A stretch of DNA of 64,000 nucleotides from Guillardia theta CCMP2712 (lineage: Eukaryota > Protista > Cryptophyta): the NCBI RefSeq assembly GCF_000315625.1, contig NW_005434652.1, forward strand, positions 634,091 through 698,090. The letters run 5' to 3'. The translations under genes were made by a program, and so were the position numbers. The notes beneath the pieces were generated by a model that made no database searches, had not been told where the DNA came from, and worked only from the letters and a program-made list of their open reading frames with translations. Below, one piece after another: positions 12,130-24,173 of the stretch. How positions within the stretch are numbered: position 1 is the stretch's first letter; each line of letters starts with the position of its first letter.

Positions 12130-12940
12130 CTCGTCTCACCCTCGAGCGGTATTTCTCAAGCGCCAGGTGGACAGAGAGGTCAAAGCGACGAATCTGTGAT
12201 TGGACCCGCGGGAGAAACGGAGAAGACCCCTGGAGGAAGAAGCGCAGCTTCTGGAGATGGCTCGCCCTCACCAGCGTCTTGAACATGAAGCCATGCTGGA
12301 CGAGCCCGAGCTTCGAGAGCTCTTCGTTGAGGGTAGAAACCTTCGCTCGGAGCTGACTAGCATGAAATCCATCCGTGCCGATAGGCAGGCCGCCAAGTGT
12401 AATCCCGCCAGTGACGACCTCGAAGTGAAGAAGTTGAGTCTTGAGACGGCGCTTAAGGCTCTTCTTCAGCTGCGAGAGATCAGGGTGTTGATGCCAGGAG
12501 GGGATGTAAACTTTCGACTCGCGAGGTTGAATCTCTAGCTTCAGATCAGCTAACATGTACTTCTTCATAGCGGACGTAGCTGCAACGGCATCCTCGAGTG
12601 GACCGACAAGCACGACGTTGTCAGCATAGGCCAAGACTCGAACAGAGGGAAAAAGCTCTGCGATATGGAGGAGCAGGGGGTGGATACTGTGGCAGAAAAA
12701 TACGCTGGAGGGGACATCGCCCTGACAGACGCCCGAGGTACACTGAACGGAGGCTGACTGACTTTTCAGTCGAAGGTCAGCAGAGTCTCCATAGTAGCTG
12801 GAGAGGTAGGAGGCGAACAAACGGAGATGCTCGCAAGAGGGCAAGCGAGCGCCTTCAGTGATGCTCCCATCAAAGTAGTCGCGACTCGCACGTCCCTCGA
12901 TTGCATCGAAGAGAGCCTGGCGGTCGAGGATGGTACCTGC
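12130..12940 (-). pseudogene. Reverse transcriptase domain fragment (non-LTR), catalytic motif YADN
   Basis: Reads YYGDSADL...GVCQGDVP...YADNVVLVGP...GITLGGLPIG. The thumb part is duplicated at 13960-14285. Confidence 0.85.
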
Positions 12941-15413
12941 CGTCGAGAACGAGGATCCCCCACTGTATCGATGACGCTCTGAAGACCAGGAGCACGTCGG
13001 ACACTGGCAGATCGGCATGCCATGGAGATAGCAGTCGAGCATCTGAGCATAGCGGTGCGGGAAGGCCTTGAGGGGGTAGTAGCTCGAGACTCGCATCGGA
13101 GAGTGGCTCAGGTCTCGCTCAGGAAAATGAGCGAAGATGGTAGACTGCAAGACCCTATCCTGCGACTTGAGCGAGTGTGTCCTGCGGCTGTGCAAGGTGA
13201 GGATATCACGCTGCTGATCGGTCAGCGCAGCGCGAGCATGCACATGGCGAGGGAAGACGCGCATGACAAGAGGAGTCACATTTCGCTGCGCAGGGGGAGG
13301 AATGAAGTGCTCATGAGACGAGTCGACGAGAGCGCGCAAACCAGGGATGTGTACCACAGATGCCGGGGGGCGTCCTGCGTCATCAGGCACAGCAGCCGGG
13401 GCAGGTGGGATCGCCGCGCCATCTGCAGCCGGTGCAGGAGCCTTGACACGACGGTAGAGGATCGCTCCAGCATTGTGAACGAAGTCGTGCGCCTCAACGA
13501 AGAAGGTCGCCAGAGGATGCTTCTGGGCACGGAGAGATCTCGAGCAGTGAACGTCCAGGCTATGAGGAGAGGTCAGCGTCCGGGAGATGGGCTGGTCAGA
13601 GTACCAAGCGAGGAAGGGACGTAGGATTTACTGGCAGAAGGTAAAAAGTGCCTCAAGCAAAACAAAGCAGGAACAAGCTGAACCGGCAGGCACACAGTCC
13701 ACAGCGAGAAGCTGCACAAACACACACAAAACACAAGCCCGAAAAGAACCAGCACTGCTGGCACCCAGACGCGGCATCGCCAGCCCAAGCGCGAAGCCGC
13801 GGAAGCGAGCGATAGCCGTATAGTAAACAGCGGGGTGTAGACCCTCAGAGGGCGTGAACTCGTCCCCTCCTCGACTATGCGGAAGCTCCCGCTTGAACCT
13901 CGCAAACTCTAGCAGGTCGGGATGCGCGGCGAGGTACTGCGAGGAAGGCCAGCGGTGGTATTTCTCAAGCGCCAGGTGGACAGAGAGGTCAAAGCGACGA
14001 ATCTGTGATTGGACCCGCGGGAGAAACGGAGAAGACCCCTGGAGGAAGAAGCGCAGCTTCTGGAGATGGCTCGCCCTCACCAGCGTCTTGAACATGAAGC
14101 CATGCTGGACGAGCCCGAGCTTCGAGAGCTCTTCGTTGATAGGCAGGCCGCCAAGTGTAATCCCGCCAGTGACGACCTCGAAGTGAAGAAGTTGAGTCTT
14201 GAGACGGCGCTTAAGGCTCTTCTTCAGCTGCGAGAGATCAGGGTGTTGATGCCAGGAGGGGATGTAAACTTTCGACTCGCGAGGTTGACTCGCTAGCCTC
14301 CGAGTCAGCGAAAGCCGAGACCAACACCGTCCGTGACGGCGGCGACGCCGCAGCAATGCCCACGGACCGGCGTGACCCGACCGATGCCGGGGAAAGAAGA
14401 TGGATGTACTGGCAGAAGGGGAGGAAGCAGGCGAGCTCGGACCAGCAGCAAGCACCCCAGTGGTGTCGAGCTCTCCGGAGGCACCCGACGTCACAGTGAG
14501 GGACGGAGACGCCTCGCCAGCTCCGCGCCGATCGTCGGCGCCACTCGAAGGGTTTCCCCCATCGGAGTCGGAGACCTCCGGCGAAGACGCGTCGGACTCT
14601 GGCAGATCGGCATGCCATGGAGATAGCAGTCGAGCATCTGAGCATAGCGGTGCGGGAAGGCCTTGAGGGAGCGAAGATGGTAGACTGCAAGACCCTATCC
14701 TGCGACTTGAGCGAGTACGTCCTTCGGCTGTGCAAGGTAAGAATATCACGCTGCTGATCAGTGAGGGCAGCGCGAGCATGCATATGGCGACGAGAGAGCT
14801 CTTCGTTGAGGGTCTCCAGGAGACCTTCGCTCGGAGTTGACTGGCATGAAAACAGGGGGTATAGGATTTACTGGCAGAAGGTAAAAGTGCCTCAAGCAAA
14901 ACAAAGCAGGAACAAGCTGAACCGGCAGGCACACAGTCCACAGCGAGAAGCTGCACAAACACACACAAAACACAAGCCCGAAAAGAACCAGCACTGCTGG
15001 CAAAGCTTGCAAGTGTAATCCCGCCAGTGACGACCTCGAAGTGAAGAAGTCAGCAGTCTTGAGACGGCGCTTAAGGCTCTTCTTCAGCTTCGAGAGATAA
15101 GGGTGATGGTGCCAGAGGAGAAGGAGGAGGAGGTGGTGGTGGAAAGGAGAAATCAGGAGGCCTAATGGAATGAGAAGGAGACGCGGGAAGTCACATGTGC
15201 GACTGCAGCATAGTCTTCGATGGGTTAATGACAATCATATTGTAAAAATGTCAAACACACAATCACAATCATATGAAACAATGGAAGTAAACATGTCAAA
15301 AACTTTCATCTTATCTCTCCATTGGTCAGCAAACAGAACGAATCCAATCATCAGAGCTCTACTCCTTACCACTTCCCTCGCTCTCTTCTCCTCCCCTCCT
15401 GCTTCCCTCCCCT

Positions 15414-17348
15414 TCAACGCTTTACCCCGCACATGTCGCAAAACTCCTCGAAGCTGATCTTCCCGCTCCCGTCCGTGTCGTACCTCGCAAGGTACTCCGA
15501 CAGTCGCCAGGGGGGCACCCAGATCCCGTTGAGCATCAGGCACAGCCCCAGCTCGTACTTGTCGATCGTCCCGCTCCCGTCCAGGTCGTACCTCTGGAAG
15601 GCCCGCCGGGCCTCGTTGAGGGGAGAGAACATGTCCTCGTAGTCGAAGTCCTCATCCTCGTCCTCCTGATCCTCCTCCTCGTGGTGGTCGTACTCTACCT
15701 CCTCCAGCTCTGCCGCACCCGAGTTAGGCCTCGTCGACTCCCCTCCCTCAGCCTCGCACTTTCATCCCTCCTCCTCGATTCTCCCCATCCTACCTTAATC
15801 CCCCCCCCCCCTTTTTCCCTCCCTCTCCCTCCCTTCCTCCCTCCCTCACCGTGATCGTTGGGATCCGGCAGGTCCTCGCCGTCGTCGTCGTCGGGGGTGA
15901 AGTCAGTGTTGGTCAGCCCTCTGATCGCGTACTGTCCAAGAAAGTTGAAGTCCGGGTTGCATACTGACCTTGCAGTCATTCTCTCCCTCCTCCTCCTCCC
16001 TTCTTCCTCACTCTCGCTCTCCCTCGCTCTCCCCTCCCCCTCCCCTCCTCTTACTGTAGTCATACGGAACGTACGCATAGCCACGGTCTCCCCACCTCTC
16101 GCCCCAGCTGCCCCGGCCCACCCCCATGTCAGTCTCTTCCCGCAAGACCGCCTCTCTCTCTCTCTCTCTCTCCCACCCTCACCTGTTCCTCACGATGAAT
16201 ACTCGCTGCCGGTCGCTATAACCCACGATGAGCATCGCGTGCAGCCCGTGCTCCGCCGACTTGGGGTCAGAGGGGTCGGGAGTCTTGATGATGCCTCCCG
16301 GCCCGGGGCGGAAGAAGGCAGCCGTCAGCTTCAGCCCAAAGACGATCGGGTACCCGTCTGCCAGACACTCCCGCATGGCCCCGAGCTCGCAGGGGACGCG
16401 GATCGCCTCGGAGATCTTGTACTCCATCGCCTGCTCGAAGCACTCGTCCGTCGGCTTCTCGTTCACGTTGCCCAGGTCGAAGGGCCAGCGGTTCTCCAGG
16501 CACGCCCCCTTGAGCTGCAGCGACTCGATCGCTCCTCCCAGCGTCATGCCCTCGTCCTTGGGCTTCAGACTCGTGCTCTCCCCGAAGGACGCCTGGTCTC
16601 GCTTCCTCCCGACGTAGTAGATGAAGAGCCGCGAGATGTCTCCCGGCGTGTCGTTAGTCTCCATCGCCCGCCGCTTGCAAATGTACTCGTACGCTCCTGC
16701 GACTGCCCCGGGGGTCAGAACCTCCAATCTACCTCCCGTGCTCGGCTAGGCTAACGCTGCTCTGGTCGTGGCGTGTATCGTCTGCTAAGGCTGCCTGCTG
16801 CCTCGTCTAGGACGGGCGTATGGAGAGGAGTAGGGGTTACCTGCGTTGGCGCAGCAGCTGTTGGACTGGCTTTGGTCCTCGACGGCGGTCATGTAGGGGC
16901 GGAGGTCCACTTTCTCAGGGACGGAGCCATCTCTTGAGGAAGACCAGTCGATGACCTGAGGAGGAAGAAGAAGAGAAAGAAGAGTCAGGAGCTAGATTCT
17001 TGTGAGGTGTAAAGGGAGCAATGAAGATTGTCTTTCAAGGGTCCTCGAGATTCTAGCCATGCGAGGGTGTCACTGGATATCAAGTGACAGATCCGTTGAA
17101 TGCCTTGAAGGCGAGCAGGCTGGGGAATTGCGAGGGATCGAGCGAGAGAGTCGTAGGGAGGTAGAGTAGCAAATCAAGTGCACTGGAGGGAGAGGAAGGA
17201 AGACAAGGAGAGGGAGAAAGAGGAGGATGGTATGTGATAGCAGGTGGCAACAAAGAGCTTGCGCAACCTTCTCGGGGTCTCGAGCTTGAGCCTTCATGCC
17301 TCTGTTGGCGATCACTCGCCCGTCAACTACGACGCTCTGCTTCCCCAT
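15414..17348 (-). CDS. Papain-family (C1) cysteine protease with C-terminal EF-hand pair
   Basis: Spliced reading: VDLRPYMTAVEDQSQSNSCCANA (catalytic Cys), SRLFIYY, GLHAMLIVGY (His), VRNSWGERWGDRGYAY (Asn). An acidic linker precedes EF-hands DLDGSGTIDKYE and DTDGSGKISFEE. Confidence 0.85.
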
Positions 17349-17817
17349 CCCGACGGTGTCTGCCGCTGCGCTTGCTGTTATGACAAATTTGTCTCGTAGG
17401 AGAAGAGCTAGTGATATATTGCTGCCTATAGATATCCATAGGAAGATCCTCTGAGGTGAGCTTGCAGCGCAATCCTGGCTCCTTACCTCAGAACTGGCAG
17501 GAAGCCGCTGAGCGGCGGCATCGTCTCGGACTCGGAGTTTCTGCCACGGTGAGCCCAGCGGCACTGCGGGGCTCCGCGTATCCGGCAGCGGCCGCTGCCC
17601 TTTGAGGAGTCTCCGAGGCTGTTTCTCCTCGGATGTGGCGCCCGGCGCTCCGCTCAGCGGCTGCGGCCAGGGGTTAGCCGCGGCTCGCCGCCGGCCCGGA
17701 GCCGGTCGGCCTGTACATTATTACGCACTCGGGCCCCGGCCCCACCCGGGTGACCTCCCCCGGACCGGTACGAAGAGCTCGTTAGGTCCCTCCACCAACG
17801 GCTATGCGTGTTGAGCG

Positions 17818-17892
17818 ATGGCAATGGCAGAGGGAGAGCATGGTAGGGGGAGACGTGTAGAGAGCGAGGAAGATCGAAAGAGAGGAAGAGCC

Positions 17893-17975
<83 letters not shown>

Positions 17976-20900
17976 AGTGAGGCCCGGCAGGAGGGGACGG
18001 TAGTTGACAGTAGTAGAGTTCAGGAGGAGAGTAAGCGAGAGGTGGGAGGATTAACTAGAAGTGTGGGAGAGTAATCCTGCAAGTGAGTGGATCAATCGAT
18101 AGAGAAAGAGAGAGTGAGGCTCAGCAACCAGGAGGACGAAACTTTCAAAGTCAACGGGGTTGGATAGGACTCAACATTTAGTATTCATAGCACGCTAGAA
18201 GCCGCACATGAAGATTGCATCTTAACGACAAACCTCGAGTCACCATGATTCTTCGACCTGCTCCGCAGCGAAGCAAGTGAGAGAAGTCTCTTGATGTTTG
18301 TGTGGAGTGACAGTCACTGCTCAGTTATCCGTTTGATCCGGACAACCCTCTTCCCAAGGGAGTCCAGCTCTCTCCTGCTGACCTGCGAGCCAAGTACTAC
18401 AAAGTGATCGACCCCGAGGCGAAATTTTACAGCGGTGAAAGCACAAGCTGCTGCTGCACGTTGATGAAGTTTTGAATCTTTCAGGTGATCCAAGATTGCA
18501 CCGAGACCGGAGAGAAGAACGAGACCCCAAACGGACCATGCTGTTCCAGAAACTCCGCTCTAACAGCCAAGAAGTCTTTGAGTATCCGTTGAGTGGCTTT
18601 GAAGTGTCGATTGATTCAATCGCAGCAAAACAAGGAGATATCTTATCGAAGAAGTCGCTCGAGGGAGATGGTACGGGAAGGAGCATCGCGATGAAATCTT
18701 GGAGATGACAGCCGCACCATCCACTCGATCATCGTGAGAATATCTTCTCCCTTCCAACTCCATCTTGACATAGGATGTGCTGCAGGAATGATTCGGGTAA
18801 CGACATGTTTGCGATCCTTTCAAACCAGTTTGGCAGAAGCTATGTAGGGCGAAAGCTTCCTCCTCGCAAAGATTTCATCCAGGCAAACAAGCTTCTGCAA
18901 ACCAGAAAGTCAGAGAGTACCAAGCCTCCTGCACACCGAAGCTCTTCGAGTGCATCAACTCACGATCATAGGAAGCTTGAACGACTCATTGATGAAGCCT
19001 TCGACAAGAATGCGGCACCAGCTGTGATAGAATGGTTGAAGAAGAAAGCTAATGTTGTGGAACGAGACTCTCTCACAAGGATTCTTGAGTCGGTAGACAA
19101 GAAGCGGTCTTCAAAGATGAGTCCACATCAGCAGGCTCTTGCTCAAGCTCAAACTTTGAGGAAACTTCAACGCACTCAAGATTCTGATGTTTCAAACCTA
19201 AAAGAAAACAGAATTCCTTCTCTGCCATCCCACGGATCTGGAACACATGAAAATCAATCTGCCCAGAATCCCGAGGCAAGCTTTCCTGTAGTGTCTGCGT
19301 CACCCAAACATGTTGTACAGACAGAAGTCATGGAGGAACCACGAGATCAAGGTGCAAGTACCTTTTCGATGCCCCCCAAGTCAGGGGAGATCCCCCCCCC
19401 TGAAAGAAGAAAGCAAGGTATTTATCCGTTTGACTGGAAGCCGTCAAGGAGAGTCTTGGAGCTCAAGACAAAGCTACAAGAGATTCTGTCTTCTAAGCAT
19501 CGCCAGCTCAAGAACTCGTGAGGGCACTGCCGCGCTTTGATTCTGAGAGTGACTTGCCTTGCCTGGCAGCTTCCGTAGGTTCGATGAAGATCACCGGGGA
19601 ACGCTGGACCTCAGCGAGCTTTACAGAGTGATGGTGGAGGAGTCCGGCATCGAATGCACCCGAGAAGAGCTTGAAGAATTGTGGGATTTCTTCGACAGAG
19701 ATCGAGATGGTGTGGTCAAATATTCAGATTACGCAAAGACAATGGGAAACGATGCATTGGATGAAAGAGATTACTTTCAGATTGCTCAGCGAAAAGCAGC
19801 TGGGCGCTACAATGAAGCGGTGAAGTTCTACGGTGTGGGATTGAGTTACGTCTCTCCAATATCCGCTGACCCCAGACCGCAGCGAATGTGAATGAACAAG
19901 ACCAAGCACATGTCTTGAACAAGAATTCCGACACAGCAAAGTTTGCCAGTGAAAATCCCGAGCTTCTCAAGAAGTACATCAAGAACGTCGAAGAAGTTCA
20001 CACTGGGCACAACTCACTGTATGTTGCTTCGACTCTCGGTACTCGACTGACAGCCTTCAGGTTCACGCTGCCCAACAAGAAGCTCGGGTACTACCCCTGC
20101 GAAAAGCCGAGACGGCCCGGCAAGACAAGCGTCGGCACCAGCCTCCACAGTTTCCGCGTGGAGGTGGCGGAGAGACTGGTGAGCAAGCATGGCTCGATTG
20201 AGTCAGCGTTCCAGGAAGCTGTGAGAGGTGAAATGAGGGCCCGAGAGGTTGACAGGCTGATGGAGCTTTCAGGGACCGGAAGGGAAGGAGTCAGCCAGTA
20301 CAGCTTCGCCGTCCTCCTCAACGAGCTTGAGATGGACGCCGACGAGCTGCTCACTTTCCAACTCTTCGACACGTTTGACCTTGACTATGATGGCGAGCTG
20401 AGCTGGGAAGAGTTTGACAACTGCTTTAACAACCTGGACAAGACGACGAGAGCATGGATGACCCAGGAGAGCGACTCAGACATCTTGTTCTACGACGTGA
20501 AGCAACCAAGTCACAATATCGACAGCTCTTCTGCTCTCGCGACAATTTTTCGACCCAGAAAAGATGCTGCACGGAAAGGAGAAGGAAGGAGAGGAGCGGA
20601 AGATAAGCGCAAGGAGCACATGGCCCCTCCTCGGCCCCTGACTGCCCTGAGTGGCACCGGCAGGTTTGACGCTGAGCACCTCACTGGGGTTCATGCGCGT
20701 GCATCTTCATCGCTGGAAAGGCTTCAGGAGACACAAATACGTGAAAGCCCCTCCTCTCCTCCTCGCAAGCTCAGACAGCGTAAGTGCCTTCGCCTTGCTC
20801 TCCCTTCCTCTTGCTCTCCCTTCCTCCTGTCTCTCCCTTCCTCCTGTCTCTCCCTTCCTCCTGTCTCTCCCTTCCTCCTGTCTCTCCTCCTCTCATTTCG

Positions 20901-21034
20901 AGCCTCCTAAACCTGCCTGGCCCTTGTGACTGACTTGCATCAGACGTGCGGTCCCGATCTCTCTCGACGAGTGTCAGTCAGCCGCATCAAGTCACGAGGG
21001 AGAAACGGATGAGACCACTATCAGCGATGAATGA
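17818..21034 (+). CDS. Multi-exon EF-hand calcium-binding protein (start uncertain)
   Basis: EF-hands DEDHRGTLDLSE, DRDRDGVVKYSD and DLDYDGELSWEE. ORFs 18775-19521, 19559-19891 and 19888-20910 are linked by short introns. Stop TGA at 21032-21034. Confidence 0.7.
17892..17974. repeat. (CAGA)n microsatellite
   Basis: About 20 perfect units. Confidence 0.95.
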
Positions 21035-21066
21035 ATTTTAAGATCAACTTCATCATTCCCCTCAGC

Positions 21067-23238
21067 TTATCCTTCGCGCAGTACCATGTTGATGTCTCCG
21101 ACTATGTTCACCGGCCTTTTCAACAAGTCTGTCATAATCTGCTTGCAACGTTAGAGCTTGAAAGGAAGTGAACCATCAGCACCGCTTCCGTTCCTCGCTG
21201 CATACTGCGAGTGTTCTGTATCAAGGCAGACAACTTGGGCTGAGGGAAGCATTTCAAAGGCAACCATAGACAAGCCAAACAGACCTGCAATTCTCTTATG
21301 GTCTCACCAAGCTCCTGTCGTTTCCCTACAGAAAAGTTCAATCTCGCATGATATTAGTTTCTGATGTGCGTACTTTGGCAATCTTCAATGCAAGCTTCCA
21401 GCTTGCAGGCGTTGCTTCTCCGCATCTCGAGTGACGAGACGAGCCTCTCACGGAATCTCTTGGAGCACCTAAAGTGTCTCCTTAAATCACCCTCATCTCA
21501 CACCCTCGGCATGCCTGAGCATAATCAGCTGTTGTGTAGTCGGAGAATTGATCTTGTTGAGAAGTTCTTCGATCGACTTTCTACAACTTTTAAGAGTTTT
21601 AGACTCTCTCTCCTCCCCTCCTTCCCATCCTCCGTATCTTCTCAACTTACGATTGCAAAAAGCTCTCGGTCTCCTTGTCGAGCTCAGCTGGTCTCTTCTG
21701 CAACACCTTCAGTCAGAGGAATGCGCATGGCACACGACAGCTATGTCTCTGTCTCTGGTCGTACCTCATCTACGACCGCAATGTACTCGGAAGATTGAAG
21801 TTCAGAGATCTTGCAGCTTTCTATGAGAAGAAGCAAATCCATTTGAAAGCCTTACCCGAGCTCGGACAAACGTGTGGATCTCCATGATGTCGTTGAGTAG
21901 TTTGCTTCTCAACGTCAAACACGAGAGCATGCAGTAGATGAAAGCATCACCTTCTTGAGGTGTTGGTCTTGAAAATCTCTCCGGGAGCCATCTCATCTTC
22001 TTTCTGATCAAACAGAACGGGACTCCCGTTAGATCCTGGCAGCAAACAACAGGACGACCTCCATCGCCGCTCCAACCGCACAGTCTTCCTCAACAGTGAT
22101 GTCAGCCATGTCCGCAATCTCTCCCCAGTCAATCTCTGCTGCTTGCTCGACGTCTGTCGGATACCGAAGTCAGCACAAGAGCAGCCAGCTAACAATTCAT
22201 CTGACCTCCTTGAACAGCCTCCGAGTCCCCCCAATCGATTCCTCCGTCTCCAGCTGCTTGTTCAGGCTCACCCCAGTCGATGCCGCCAGTCTCTTCCTGC
22301 TGTTGCCCAACGTCCAAGTCACCCCAGTCGATCTCAGCAACGGCAGAAGGCTCGACGTCATTCACAAGGCTCTGCATGTCCTCCAACGTCACTGCGTCCT
22401 CGGCAAAGGCGATGCTCTGATGACGAGGTCAAGCAAGGGAGCAAGTTACAAGCTTCACCTCCATCTGTTGTAGCGACGGAAGAGGTTCTTGTGTGATTTT
22501 GCTGAAATATCATGTCATGAACGAGCTGTCACAAACGTCTAACCTCAAAGATGGCAGCAGATCTTTCAGTTCCGAATCCTTCTCTGTGATGTATCTCACG
22601 TAGCAAACATACAGCTCACAAGCTCTCCGAATTTCATCTGATTTTGCTGTCTCAATCATCTCCAGATAGAGCTTTGGAAGCTCTTCTGATCGCTTCAGCA
22701 GTTCTTTCATCAGATTGCCGCCCTCGATTCCAAGTTTGAGGCACTCAGCTTCGAACCTCGCCTTGTATTCTCCCGCACCCCGCTTGTATTCGTTTTCCTT
22801 TCTATGGAGCTCTTGCTGTTGTCTTGTGCATTGCTGGATCATCTTCTGGATCGCAGGGATCTCGAACTGAACGTTCTGCGCCAGCACCTGCGCGGCTTCG
22901 GCAAGGTGCACGTTGTCCTTGTGGTAGAGGGAGAGGATGGTCTCCCATTCTTTGGTCGCCTGGTTCTTGTACTGTCCAAGCCAGTTCTTCTGCGAGGTGT
23001 CTTTGTCTGACGTGAGGATGTCCCGCAGCTTCCGGCACAGCAGGTAGTTCACCTCCTTGACGTTTATCCCCTCCTTCACCTCCGCCAGCGCCTCGTTCTC
23101 CGGCAGCCCTTCCAGCGCTCTCCCCACCTTGTCTTGGATGGCCTGGAGGGACGCGCGCCAGTCGTCGCGGATCATCTGCCGCTCCTTCAGCCACTCGCGC
23201 ATGCGCGCCAAGTTCACATCCAGCGGCTCCTCCGCCAT
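21067..23238 (-). CDS. CDK5RAP3: CDK5 regulatory subunit-associated protein 3 (C53; UFMylation/ER-phagy adaptor)
   Basis: N-terminus MAEEPLDVNLARMREWL...KNWLGQY...W..I..LYHKDNVHLAEAAQVLAQNVQFEIP, IDWG motifs in an acidic linker, and C-terminus RPVNIVGDIN. Confidence 0.92.
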
Positions 23239-23639
23239 GCCGGCCTCTTAAAAAAAAGAAGAAAAACAAAAAAAACAATAAAAACAAAAACTGATCGGCA
23301 AGAAACACTAGGAAGAGAGATGCAAAAAAGAAGATGGCTGAGGGTCATGTATCGGGGTATGGCTTCTGGTATTAGTCTCATACTTATAACTTCCTAAGGG
23401 TTTGGCGAACTCTCTTTCAAAAGTTTCAATCGTTTACGGTGCCGTGGTGCGGTGAGGTGGGGGGTCGTAAAAGACTGGGGGGGGGGTGGGGTAGTAGACC
23501 AACGTGCCCCACCTGTCCAGATGCAAATGAAAGACAAAAGTAGGGTAGAGTGGAGGGCTAGGGGGTAGGGTAGGTATGCGATGTTGGTCAATGGGGCTGG
23601 GGGCTGCATGCCGACAAAATTCTGGGCAGTACATGCTAA

Positions 23640-23900
23640 GAAGATGTAGGGAAGCGAAACAGAGAAGAGAAACAGAGAAGAGAAACAGAGAAGAGAAACA
23701 GAGAAGAGAGACAAAGAAGAGAGACAGAGAAAAGAAACAGAGAAAAGAAACAGAGAAGGGAAACAAAGAAGAGAGACAGAGAAGAGAGACAGAGAAGGGA
23801 GACAGAGAAGAGAGACAGAGAAGAGAGACAGAGAAGAGAAAGAAAGGAAATAAGACGAGGGAAGGGGAAGAGGAATGAGGTAAGAAGGGGAAGCGATGAA
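23640..23900. repeat. Purine-rich degenerate tandem repeat (AGAGAAGAGAAAC-like)
   Basis: Direct reading; it produces spurious LFSVSLLC ORFs. Confidence 0.85.
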
Positions 23901-24173
23901 CGAGGAAAGATCGACCAATGCAGTCGAGAGAAGGTAAACGAAGATTTGAAGATGGAAGAGATAGGATGTTCTGAAGGAGAAGGGAAGGGTGGAGGGATAG
24001 ATCAACGACCACAGACAGTGAGAGAAAGACCGTGAGAGAAGAGAAATGGAGAGCATTCTCAGTTGAGGGGCCAAGGAGCAACTGAAGGTTCCCTGAAGTT
24101 TTCTAGTTGCTACAGGTTCATCGATCACTGGTTCAAGTCGGAGTCATGTGAGGGATAGGGCCTCTCCTAAACC

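Larger units (their letters stand above)
9941..15100 (-). mobile_element. Rearranged cluster of fragments of a CRE/R2-like non-LTR retrotransposon (RT + restriction-like endonuclease)
   Basis: RT motifs GVCQGDVPSSVFF, AYADNVVLVG and KLEIQPRESKVY in ORF 12032-13390(-). RLE-type motifs KGDIHI...ADVTLVHP, ASEKIRKH..AY..FIP and QLSLALAR at 11500-11800(-). A C-x2-C (CPTC) is present. Multiple copies of the ORF end plus 3' UTR occur. Confidence 0.85.

Noticed and set aside
13628-14968. 446-aa ORF as an intact gene
   Set aside because: It is a chance in-frame concatenation of shuffled retroelement pieces and UTR.
23394-24128. Hydrophobic 244-aa and 215-aa ORFs
   Set aside because: Translations of an AG-rich tandem repeat.
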